Origin: Anaerosalibacter massiliensis
GTDB lineage: Bacteria; Bacillota; Clostridia; Tissierellales; Sporanaerobacteraceae
Reading direction: 5' to 3'
DNA length: 24,000 nt
NCBI GenBank assembly: GCA_000751555.1
Contig: CCEZ01000014.1
Coordinates: forward strand, 22,302 to 46,301
This document shows positions 14,904 to 23,045 of the stretch, in pieces (position 1 is the first letter of the stretch; each line of letters starts with the position of its first letter). The notes under the pieces were generated by a model that did no database searches, was not told where the DNA came from, and saw only the letters and a program-made list of their open reading frames with translations. The translations under genes were made by a program, and so were the position numbers.

Positions 14904-15178
14904 ATGGTAGGATTTAAAAAGGGTGATGCTAAAGGTTTTAAATGTATAAAAGCTCCAAATACTTTGGAACACAGACATTTAAATGAAGATGTAGGATATG
15001 GATTAGTATTTATGACAGATTTGTGAAAACGATTGTAAGTAGATATACCTGTTATGAATTCTGTTATAAATATTGCTTTAGCATTAATGGACAAAGATTA
15101 CAGGAAAGAGGAAAAAGCACTATAAAAACATTAGGGTTAGAAAAATATGATGTTAAAGAATTAGATAACATTTTTTAA
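14904..15178 (+). pseudogene. decayed 3' remnant of an opine (octopine/nopaline-type) dehydrogenase family gene
   Basis: ATG 14904 follows AGGAGGAGGA. Reading gives MVGFKKGDAKGFKCIKAPNTLEHRHLNEDVGYGLVFMTDL*KRL*VDIPVMNSVINIALALMDKDYRKEEKAL*. After a -1 shift near the A-run it continues GKSTIKTLGLEKYDVKELDNIF*. This resembles the C-terminal helical domain of opine dehydrogenases (RYLTEDIPYGLVP...PTPVIDALI...GRTLERLGL, from memory). There are two in-frame stops (TGA, TAA) and one frameshift, and the N-terminal roughly 260 codons are absent. Confidence 0.6.
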
Positions 15179-15199
15179 AAATATGAAGGAGGTTATCAT

Positions 15200-16612
15200 A
15201 TGGACCCAGCAACGAGTTATGGAATATTATCTTTACTACCACCATTGGTAGCAGTTATTCTAGCTTTTATTACAAAAGAAGCAGTGTTTTCACTTCTTAT
15301 AGGGATTTTGGTAGGGATATTTATAACAGGACAAAATGTTTTATTTGGTTTCACTGGTTTAGTTCAAGATGCATTAGGAAATGCAGATTTTATATGGGTA
15401 GTATGTATTGAAGTTTTTGTAGGTATAATGGTTGCTTATTTCCAGAAATCTGGTGCAATCAATGCTTTTACAGATAAAATAAGTAAAAAGAACATAAAAG
15501 CAGCAGGAGCTCAAATAATGGCTTGGTTGCTTGGAATATTTATTTTCTTTAGTGACTATTTCAGTCCATTATATGTAGGTACAGTAATGAAAGGAATTAC
15601 AGATAAAGCTAGAGTGTCTAGAGAAAAGCTTTCTTATATATGTAGTTCTACTTCCGCTCCAGTTTGTACTTTGATACCTTTTTCAGCATGGGGAGTCTAT
15701 GAAGCTGGATTACTTGTAGGAATAGGAGCTTTTGCTAACAAAACTATAGCCACAAATGCAGTAGTTAAAATGGTGCCATATAATTTTTATGGAATAATTT
15801 CAATCTTGTTAGTAGGACTTATTGCTGGTGGAATTGTACCAGATTTTGGGCCTATGAAAAAAGCGGAAAAAAGAGCAAGAGAAACAGGAAAAGTTATTGC
15901 TGATGGAGCAAAGCCAATGATAGGTAAAGAACTTGAACAAATAAAGCCAAATGAAGGTACAAGGCCTAATCTTTTAATTAACTTTTTCGCTCCAGCAATA
16001 ATAATAATAGGTGTCACTTTAGGAACTTATTTAATATCAGGGAATGCAAAAACTCTTGAAGGATTTATTGCAGCAGTAGTGTTTCAGTTTATAACTATGC
16101 TTATTCAAAAAATGGCTACAGTACAAGAACTTGTTGATACAGCTATAGAAGGAATAAAGGGTATTATGTCTGCTGTAATTATACTGTCTTTAGCTTATTG
16201 TTTAAATGCTATTAGTAAAGAATTGGGAACTGCAAACTATGTAGTGTCTATAACTAAAGCATGGATGACTCCAACACTTTTATTAGTATTTACATTTCTC
16301 ACCTGTGCATTTGTTTCCTTCTTTACTGGGACAAGCTGGGGAACTTATGCCATAATGACTCCAATAGCTATTCCATTAGCCTTTGAACTTACAGGAGGAG
16401 GAATAACAAATATTATTTACGCAACCATTGCAGCAGTTATGGGTGGAGGATGTTTTGGAGATCACTGTTCTCCAATATCTGATACAAATATACTTTCATC
16501 TTTAGCATCAGGCTCTGACCATATGGATCATGTAAAAACTCAAATGCCTTATGCATTAACTGCAGCAACCATTAGTTGTATATTATATCTGATACTTGGA
16601 TTTGTACTATAG
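15200..16612 (+). CDS. NhaC-family Na+/H+ antiporter-like transporter
   Basis: 470-aa polytopic protein with a GAAGGAGG SD. The N-terminus GILSLLPPLVAVILAFITKEAVFSLLIGIL is typical of the NhaC family. Substrate unknown. Confidence 0.7.
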   Translation: MDPATSYGILSLLPPLVAVILAFITKEAVFSLLIGILVGIFITGQNVLFGFTGLVQDALGNADFIWVVCIEVFVGIMVAYFQKSGAINAFTDKISKKNIKAAGAQIMAWLLGIFIFFSDYFSPLYVGTVMKGITDKARVSREKLSYICSSTSAPVCTLIPFSAWGVYEAGLLVGIGAFANKTIATNAVVKMVPYNFYGIISILLVGLIAGGIVPDFGPMKKAEKRARETGKVIADGAKPMIGKELEQIKPNEGTRPNLLINFFAPAIIIIGVTLGTYLISGNAKTLEGFIAAVVFQFITMLIQKMATVQELVDTAIEGIKGIMSAVIILSLAYCLNAISKELGTANYVVSITKAWMTPTLLLVFTFLTCAFVSFFTGTSWGTYAIMTPIAIPLAFELTGGGITNIIYATIAAVMGGGCFGDHCSPISDTNILSSLASGSDHMDHVKTQMPYALTAATISCILYLILGFVL

Positions 16613-16651
16613 TTTGAAATTAAATTTTTAATATATAGGGAGGAATAAAAA

Positions 16652-17770
16652 ATGATAATAGGTATAGCAAAAGAGATTAAAAACAATGAATACAGAGTTG
16701 CTTGTACTCCTAATGGGGTTAAGGAATTTATCAAAAGAGGGCATACTGTTTTAGTAGAAAAAGATGCAGGATTAGGAAGTGGATTTTCAGATAAGGATTA
16801 TATTGGACAAGGTGCAAAAATAGTTGCCACAACAGAAGAATTATACGAAAAATCAGAACTTATATATAAAGTAAAAGAGATACTGCCAGAAGAATATAAG
16901 TATTTAAGGGAAGGTTTAATAGTATTTACTTATATTCATTCTAATGCTCATAGAGACCAGACAGATATTCTTTTAGAAAAGAATGTTATAAGTATTGCTT
17001 ATGAAGATGTTAATGATAAAGATGGAGAATTTCCATTACTTAAGCCTATGAGTGAGATAGCAGGAAAAGGTGGATTTATAGCAGCACTTAATTTCTGCCA
17101 AAGTATTCATGGAGGAAAAGGACTATTGTTAGCTAGAGTTCATGGAGTAAGGACTCCAGAAGTGACAATCATAGGAGCAGGAAATGCAGGATTAGGAGCA
17201 GCGGAGTTGGCTTCATCTTTTGGGAACAAAGTAACTATATTAGATATTGATACAAATAAACTTGAATATGCGAAAAATATTTTGCCATCAAATGTAGAAT
17301 TATTATATTCAGATGAACAAAATTTAATTGACTGTTTAAAAAGAACAGATGTATTGATAAATTGTATTCTTTGGCCAAAATGGAGAACAGATCATCTAGT
17401 TTCAAGACAAATGTTAAAAATTATGAAACCAAAATCATTAATTGTTGATGTGTCTTGTGATGACAATGGGGCTATAGAGACATCTAGATCAACAAGCCAT
17501 GATAATCCAATATATGTAGAAGAAGGTATAACTCACTATGTAGTGGACAATATACCAGCAGCATTTCCACAAACTTCTACTTATTCACTATGCAATGCTA
17601 CTTTACCTTTTGCTTTACAGATTGCAGATAAAGGAGTAGAAAAAGCATTGGTTGAAAATAAATATTTGAGAAGAGGGCTAACAACTTGGAATGGAAAGCT
17701 AACTCTTGAGGAAACAGGTAAGAAACAAAATAGACCTTATACTACTCCAGAAAAGGTTTTAGGAATATAA
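16652..17770 (+). CDS. ald: alanine dehydrogenase family enzyme
   Basis: MIIGIAKEIKNNEYRVACTPNGV...GHTVLVEKDAGLGSGF. Catalytic positions R15, K75 and H96 are present by my count. NAD-binding motif IIGAGNAGLGAA. Several otherwise conserved stretches diverge from typical Ald. Confidence 0.75.
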   Translation: MIIGIAKEIKNNEYRVACTPNGVKEFIKRGHTVLVEKDAGLGSGFSDKDYIGQGAKIVATTEELYEKSELIYKVKEILPEEYKYLREGLIVFTYIHSNAHRDQTDILLEKNVISIAYEDVNDKDGEFPLLKPMSEIAGKGGFIAALNFCQSIHGGKGLLLARVHGVRTPEVTIIGAGNAGLGAAELASSFGNKVTILDIDTNKLEYAKNILPSNVELLYSDEQNLIDCLKRTDVLINCILWPKWRTDHLVSRQMLKIMKPKSLIVDVSCDDNGAIETSRSTSHDNPIYVEEGITHYVVDNIPAAFPQTSTYSLCNATLPFALQIADKGVEKALVENKYLRRGLTTWNGKLTLEETGKKQNRPYTTPEKVLGI

Positions 17771-18005
17771 GTCTAAAGTCTTAGTTTAACAAATATTTTG
17801 AAATTATAACCATCTGTGAAATGGGTGGTTATGATCATACATAAAAAGATGGTGTATTTAATAATCCTTTATTTGTAGAGATGGTATCAAATTTTGATAG
17901 TTTTTTAAATTTTATATTTACGGCAAGAAAGAATATTAACGAATATGGAGGGTATTATCATAGAAAAAATTAAAACTTAAAATATTTATGCATAAATACT
18001 GTTAT

Positions 18006-18057
18006 AGCCATGAAGCTGATATATACAAAACTTTAATTAGCTTGATGGCTTTTTTTA
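18006..18057 (+). terminator. rho-independent terminator about 235 nt downstream of ald
   Basis: AGCCATGAAGCT (18006-18017) pairs with AGCTTGATGGCT (18039-18050) with one mismatch, followed by T7. No convincing ORF lies between 17771 and 18005. Confidence 0.6.
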
Positions 18058-18174
18058 TTATGTTATAATTAGATTGCTATATTAGTTTATATTATTTTAT
18101 TAAGACTAGGATAGTTTAATATTTGGGGTATTCTAACAAAAGTGGAATAAGAGACTAGATAAGAGGGGATTTAT

Positions 18175-18750
18175 ATGAAATTTGATAATCGAAGAATAGA
18201 AGATTTAATATATGAAGAGGAATATGTAGAAAGTTTAAGATATATTGAATGTACATTTTATAGTTGTCAGTTCTTAGATACGAAAATGAAGAATTGTAAT
18301 TTTGATAATTGCCAATTTATCAATTGCACATTTAGAAATTTACAATTTGAAGTTTGTAGATTTCTAAATTGTGCTTTTACTGAATGTAATTTAATAGGAA
18401 TAAATTGGGCAGAAATACAAGGACGTAGTGCCATCTTTTTTCCTGCAAAGTTTATGAAAGAATGTGTTATTAAATATAATAATTTTATGGATATGCAGCT
18501 AATATCCTTTGATTTTAGTGGTTCAACTATACATGATACATATTTTCAAGAATGTGATTTGACAAAAGCGAATTTCAAAAATGTTAATTTTTCAAATTCA
18601 TTATTTCAAAACTGTGATTTAAAAGAAGCTGATTTTAGGGAAGCACATAATTATTCAATTGACATTAGTAGTAACAATATAAAAAGGGCTAAATTTTCAT
18701 ATCCAGATGTAGTAAATTTGCTTAGTACACTTGATATTAAAATTGAATAG
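18175..18750 (+). CDS. pentapeptide-repeat protein, Qnr/MfpA-like
   Basis: Tandem A(D/N)LxX-type pentapeptides run throughout (CQFLDTKMKNCNFDNCQFINCTFRNLQFEVCRFLNCAFTECNL...ANFKNVNFSNSLFQNCDLKEADFREA). At 191 aa it is close to Qnr-family size. Confidence 0.8.
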   Translation: MKFDNRRIEDLIYEEEYVESLRYIECTFYSCQFLDTKMKNCNFDNCQFINCTFRNLQFEVCRFLNCAFTECNLIGINWAEIQGRSAIFFPAKFMKECVIKYNNFMDMQLISFDFSGSTIHDTYFQECDLTKANFKNVNFSNSLFQNCDLKEADFREAHNYSIDISSNNIKRAKFSYPDVVNLLSTLDIKIE

Positions 18751-19286
18751 TAATTTATCCTTACAAATTGAAATAAGGTTACTCTATGAAAAAAGTAGCA
18801 ATTTTTATAAGAGTGTTAGTTTACTTTGTTATTATCTACTTTAATAAATATTAAAGAAGCAGACACTATGATAGAATTGTTTAAAGAAAAGCTAAAGGGT
18901 TAATTTATATATAAGGAGAATTAATTTTAATTACTTATTTGGTAAAATTCATATAGAATTTGTTAATTGGAAAAAGTATCAAGAAATATTCCAAAGATGA
19001 TGGTGATAATTGTTTCTACATATAAATGAAAAAAATATATTGGAGTTATAATTGAATAACTAATTAGTTATATAGAGTTACCTAAATAAATGGGTAGCTC
19101 TATTTTCCTATTCATGGTAAAGGCGGTATTAATATCATATATATAAATGTATAATAATAAAGGATTTTGATGAAAAAAATAGAATAATTAAAAAATACTT
19201 AGTTATTTCTGTATAAAGATTGATGAAATAAATATATGTAAAGTGACAACATATGAAAAATAACTTAAATTTAATATTGATTCTTT

Positions 19287-19316
19287 AAAAATAGAGGCTA
19301 AAGCCTCTATTTTTTT
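19287..19316. terminator. orphan bidirectional-looking terminator
   Basis: AAAAATAGAGGC (19287-19298), loop TAAA, GCCTCTATTTTT (19303-19314), with flanking A- and T-runs. There is no adjacent annotated ORF. Confidence 0.6.
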
Positions 19317-19372
19317 CAAAGTATATAAAAGTAAAACTAGTATATATTTTATTTACAGTATTGCAAACGTTA

Positions 19373-19445
19373 TCAAAATAGTAAAAATACTATTATGAAA
19401 ATAGTTTTATTTTCAAAATAGTAATGATTTTTCTGAAAATATTGA
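19373..19445 (+). repeat. cluster of RAAAATAGT repeats, candidate UAS for the LevR-like activator
   Basis: TCAAAATAGTAA occurs twice exactly (19373-19384 and 19413-19424). Related copies are TGAAAATAGTTT (19396-19407) and CTGAAAATATTG (19433-19444). There is also the inverted repeat AATAGTA (19377-19383) / TACTATT (19388-19394). The cluster lies 55-125 nt upstream of the -24 element. Confidence 0.45.
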
Positions 19446-19499
19446 GAAAAGGTTGAAATACTAAGGGGTTATTCCAGTATTAAAAAATCAAAAAAGTAT

Positions 19500-19515
19500 T
19501 GGCATGACCATTGCA
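19500..19515 (+). promoter_or_regulatory. sigma-54 (-24/-12) promoter
   Basis: TGGCAT-GACCA-TTGCA is a near-perfect match to TGGCAC-N5-TTGCA. It sits 25 nt upstream of the SD-supported ATG 19540. Confidence 0.8.
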
Positions 19516-19539
19516 GTATATAAAGACAGGAGGATCAAG

Positions 19540-22482
19540 ATGGAGAAAAAAGTAGTTTCTTTAATAAATAATGAAGATGAGAAGAATCCTTTGACTGATA
19601 ATCAGATATCAAAGAAGCTAAACGTTCAAAGAGAGTATGTTACTATGATAAGGAATAAAATGGGTATTCCTAATTCTAGAGATAGAATGAAAGAAGTACT
19701 TTTTCCTAAGATTCAAGAAATATTAAATGAAGATAATGATATTACAGAAAGTGATTTAGCAAAAATACTTAAAAAAGAAGGATATAAAATATCTTTGAAT
19801 TCAGTGATTAAATATAAAGAAGAATTGTTAAGAAGCAAAGAAGTAAATTATTTTGATAATAATTTAAAAGAGAGTCCAAGTAATTATGTTTTAGAGGAAG
19901 AGAAGAATTTTTCGTTTAAGGATATTATTGGCTGTGAAGGTAGTTTGAAACTTTGTATACAACAGGCTAAAGCAGCAATCTTATATCCACCCAATGGACT
20001 CCATACCCTTATATTAGGACCCTCTGGAGCAGGGAAAAGTGATTTAGCCACAGCAATGTTTAAATATGCTAAAAAATCAGGAACTATTGAAAAAAAAGCT
20101 TCATTTATAGTGTTCAATTGTGCAGATTATGCTGAAAATCCTCAATTACTTATGGCACAGTTATTTGGATATAAAAAGGGAGCTTTTACTGGGGCTAATG
20201 AAAATAAAGCAGGCTTAGTTGAAAAAGCAGATGGAAGTATATTGTTTTTAGATGAAGTGCATCGGCTTCCACCAGAAGGTCAAGAAATGCTGTTTTATTT
20301 ATTAGATAAGGGAAGATTCAGAAGGCTAGGAGATGAACAAGAGAGAAAAGTCCAAGTAACTATTATCTCAGCTACAACTGAAAGTCCTGATTCAGTTTTA
20401 TTGACTACTTTTAGAAGAAGGATACCTATGGTTATAGAGTTACCTGATTTAAATTCTAGACCATTGAAAGAAAGATTTAATTTAATAAAGTATTTTTTTA
20501 GTAAGGAATCTTATAGGACCAAGAAAGTTATAAGAATAAGTAGTGAAGCTATGAAAGCCCTCCTTCTTTATGACTGTCCCGGAAATGTTGGTCAGTTGAG
20601 GAGTGATATACAAGTTTCTTGTGCTAGAAGTTTCCTAAATAGTTTGGTGAAACAAGATAATAAGATGGAAATCACATTAAATGAGCTACCTGTAAATGTA
20701 AAAACTGGATCTTTAAAAATTCAAAATAATCGGAAAGAAATACATAATCTTGTAAATAGTTCAGGACTTGTTGTATTCCCTAATAATAGGGCAGATAAGA
20801 TTTCTTTAAAAGAAGATCTCTATGTATTATCTAATGAAATATACACAGATATTGAAGAAAGATATATACATTTACAAAATAAAAAAGTTAATCAAGAAGC
20901 TATAAATTATATTATTGGCAATGAAATGGAGCAAAGATTAAAGAACTTTATGAAAAAAGTAAATAGTAGTGTTAGAAGTATAGAAAAAAGTGGTTTAACT
21001 AGTATTGTAGGAGAAGAAATTGTTTATATAACAAATAAAATCTTAAATATAGCAAAATTAAGACTTAGTATAGATGTAGATAATTTGTACTATGTTCTTG
21101 CTATCCATTTAAATACTACTATTAATAGGATTAAACAAGGTAAACTTTTAAAAAATCCTCAATTAGATAATGTAAAAAAAGAGTTTGAAGAGGAATTTGA
21201 AGTAGCTAAGGAAATGGTATCTATCATTAATGATGAATTAAATATAAATTTATCAGAAGATGAAGCTGGATTTATAACTATGTATTTAAGGATGTCTGTT
21301 GAAGGACAGAATCAAGATATAGAAGGAAGAGTAGGAGTCTTGGTTATGACCCATGGCAATGTAGCTAAGGGCATGTTAGATGTTGCTAATAGATTATTAG
21401 GAGTTAATTTTGGCAAATCATTGGAAATGTCCCTAGATGAAAAGCCACAGGCAATGTTAGATTTAGCTATTGATGTTGTAAAGAAAATAGATGAAGGAAA
21501 AGGAGTTCTATTGTTAGTAGATATGGGTTCTCTTACTTCTTTTGGAGAATTAATAAGTAAGAAAACAGGAATGGATATAAGGGTGTTGCCAAGAGTAGAT
21601 ACTGTTATGGTCATAGAAGCAGTAAGAAGAGCTATACTTCCAAGTTCAAATTTAGATGATATTGCAGATACATTATTGGAAGAAAATATTAAGGTATTAG
21701 ATAACTCTTCTAATAATCTTATTAAAAATAGAAAAGAACCTAAAACCAAGGCTATAATTACTATTTGTATTACTGGCCAAGGTTCAGCTAAAAAGATAAA
21801 AGATGTATTGTCAGAAAAAATAGGGGCTATAGAAAATAATATAGATATTATTCCTATAGGTGTAGTGGATTATGGGTTCAAAGAGCTTATATTAAATATA
21901 AAAAAGAATAATAATTTAGTTGCTATAGTAGGCACTATAAATCCTAATATTTATGGGATACCCTATGTTTCTTTTCAAGAAGTTTTGGATAGCGATGGAA
22001 TATCTAAAATAGAGAGGTTATTAAGAAATCATGATTATATTTCTAGTGATAATAGAGATGTTCAAGATTTTGAATTAATAGATATAGTTAGACCTTCAAC
22101 TACCATTTTAGATATGAATGTAGAAAATAAAGAAGATGCAATATTAAAATTAGGTCATTTATTATATGAAAAAGGTTTTGTTGAGAAGGAATTTATACAA
22201 TCTGTACTTGATAGGGAAGAAATGGGACCAGTGTTTTTTACAGAAGGAGTAGTAATACCTCATGGAGATGTTAAGTATGTAAAAGAGACATCTATTGCTT
22301 TTGGAAGGATACAAGAAGGAATAGAGTGGGGAGTTAGCAGAGCCATGTTTGTAGGAGTTATAGCTATAAAGTCAAGTGATGTAAATATTGTACAAAGTTT
22401 ATATGATTTTTTAAATAGGAAAGATACTTTGGAAAAAATAATGGATGCAAAATCATACAATGATTTTATTAGACTATTTTAA
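19540..22482 (+). CDS. sigma-54-dependent PTS regulation-domain activator, LevR-like (HTH, AAA+, PRD, EIIA-Man-like, EIIB-Gat-like, C-terminal EIIA-2-like)
   Basis: Start moved to ATG 19540, 6 nt after AGGAGG. The ORF-track ATG 19504 lies inside the -24 element. Supporting motifs: GPSGAGKS Walker A; GAFTGAN; LFLDEVHRL; PRD helix LAIHLNTTINRI; EIIA-Man-like VGVLVMTHGNVAKGMLDVANRLLG; EIIB-like AIITICITGQGSAKKI; EIIA-2-like GVVIPHGD near the C-terminus. Confidence 0.85.
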   Translation: MEKKVVSLINNEDEKNPLTDNQISKKLNVQREYVTMIRNKMGIPNSRDRMKEVLFPKIQEILNEDNDITESDLAKILKKEGYKISLNSVIKYKEELLRSKEVNYFDNNLKESPSNYVLEEEKNFSFKDIIGCEGSLKLCIQQAKAAILYPPNGLHTLILGPSGAGKSDLATAMFKYAKKSGTIEKKASFIVFNCADYAENPQLLMAQLFGYKKGAFTGANENKAGLVEKADGSILFLDEVHRLPPEGQEMLFYLLDKGRFRRLGDEQERKVQVTIISATTESPDSVLLTTFRRRIPMVIELPDLNSRPLKERFNLIKYFFSKESYRTKKVIRISSEAMKALLLYDCPGNVGQLRSDIQVSCARSFLNSLVKQDNKMEITLNELPVNVKTGSLKIQNNRKEIHNLVNSSGLVVFPNNRADKISLKEDLYVLSNEIYTDIEERYIHLQNKKVNQEAINYIIGNEMEQRLKNFMKKVNSSVRSIEKSGLTSIVGEEIVYITNKILNIAKLRLSIDVDNLYYVLAIHLNTTINRIKQGKLLKNPQLDNVKKEFEEEFEVAKEMVSIINDELNINLSEDEAGFITMYLRMSVEGQNQDIEGRVGVLVMTHGNVAKGMLDVANRLLGVNFGKSLEMSLDEKPQAMLDLAIDVVKKIDEGKGVLLLVDMGSLTSFGELISKKTGMDIRVLPRVDTVMVIEAVRRAILPSSNLDDIADTLLEENIKVLDNSSNNLIKNRKEPKTKAIITICITGQGSAKKIKDVLSEKIGAIENNIDIIPIGVVDYGFKELILNIKKNNNLVAIVGTINPNIYGIPYVSFQEVLDSDGISKIERLLRNHDYISSDNRDVQDFELIDIVRPSTTILDMNVENKEDAILKLGHLLYEKGFVEKEFIQSVLDREEMGPVFFTEGVVIPHGDVKYVKETSIAFGRIQEGIEWGVSRAMFVGVIAIKSSDVNIVQSLYDFLNRKDTLEKIMDAKSYNDFIRLF

Positions 22483-22502
22483 TTTTATAGGAGGAAATAA
22501 AT

Positions 22503-22979
22503 ATGAAGGCAGATACAACTAAGGCAAATCTATATGACAATATCACAGTAAGCCGTATTGAAGGAAACAATAATAAAGAAGTACTTGAAAAACTATCAAA
22601 GGTAATGTTAGAAAAAGGATTTGTTAAGGAAAGTTATATTGATGCTATATATGAAAGGGAAAAAATTTTTCCAACAGGATTACCTACTGATGATATTGGT
22701 GTAGCTATTCCACATACAGACTACTTTCATGTAGAAGAGACATCTATTGGTATAGGAATACTTGAGAAGCCAGTTGAATTTAATGTTATGGCAGATTTAG
22801 AAAATACTGTTGAAGTAGAGATTTTATTTATGCTTGCTATAAAAGATTCTGATGGGCAATTAGAGGTTTTGCAAAAATTAATTGGCTTATTTCAAGATGG
22901 ACATACATTACAAGATATAAAAAATGCTGAAAATGAGGAAGAGATTTCTGAATTAATTAGAAAGTCCTTATCTCTATAA
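22503..22979 (+). CDS. PTS EIIA, type 2 (fructose/mannitol family)
   Basis: GVAIPHTD active-site context, 158 aa, AGGAGG SD. Confidence 0.8.
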   Translation: MKADTTKANLYDNITVSRIEGNNNKEVLEKLSKVMLEKGFVKESYIDAIYEREKIFPTGLPTDDIGVAIPHTDYFHVEETSIGIGILEKPVEFNVMADLENTVEVEILFMLAIKDSDGQLEVLQKLIGLFQDGHTLQDIKNAENEEEISELIRKSLSL

Positions 22980-23045
22980 ACATATATAGTTTGGGTTTTA
23001 CTTATGGTAGATAACAATTTAGATTGATAAGTGGAGGAATATAAA

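Noticed and set aside
15021-15023. In-frame TGA in the opine-dehydrogenase remnant as a possible selenocysteine codon
   Set aside because: The same frame has a TAA four codons later and needs a frameshift further on. About 260 N-terminal codons are also missing. Decay is the simpler reading.
14754-15094. Minus-strand ORFs 14754-14978 and 14876-15094 from the ORF track
   Set aside because: They have no SD and low-complexity hydrophobic translations. They lie antisense to a terminator, a sigma-54 promoter and the plus-strand opine-dehydrogenase remnant, which together explain the region better.
17806-17832. Hairpin ATAACCATC / GGTGGTTAT just after ald as its terminator
   Set aside because: The 9-bp stem includes a G-U pair and no T-tract follows. 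The hairpin plus T7 at 18006-18057 is the more convincing terminator, so this one is left uncalled.
19504-19539. ORF-track start codon ATG 19504 for the LevR-like activator
   Set aside because: This ATG is part of the TGGCAT -24 element and has no SD. ATG 19540 is in the same frame and lies 6 nt after AGGAGG.
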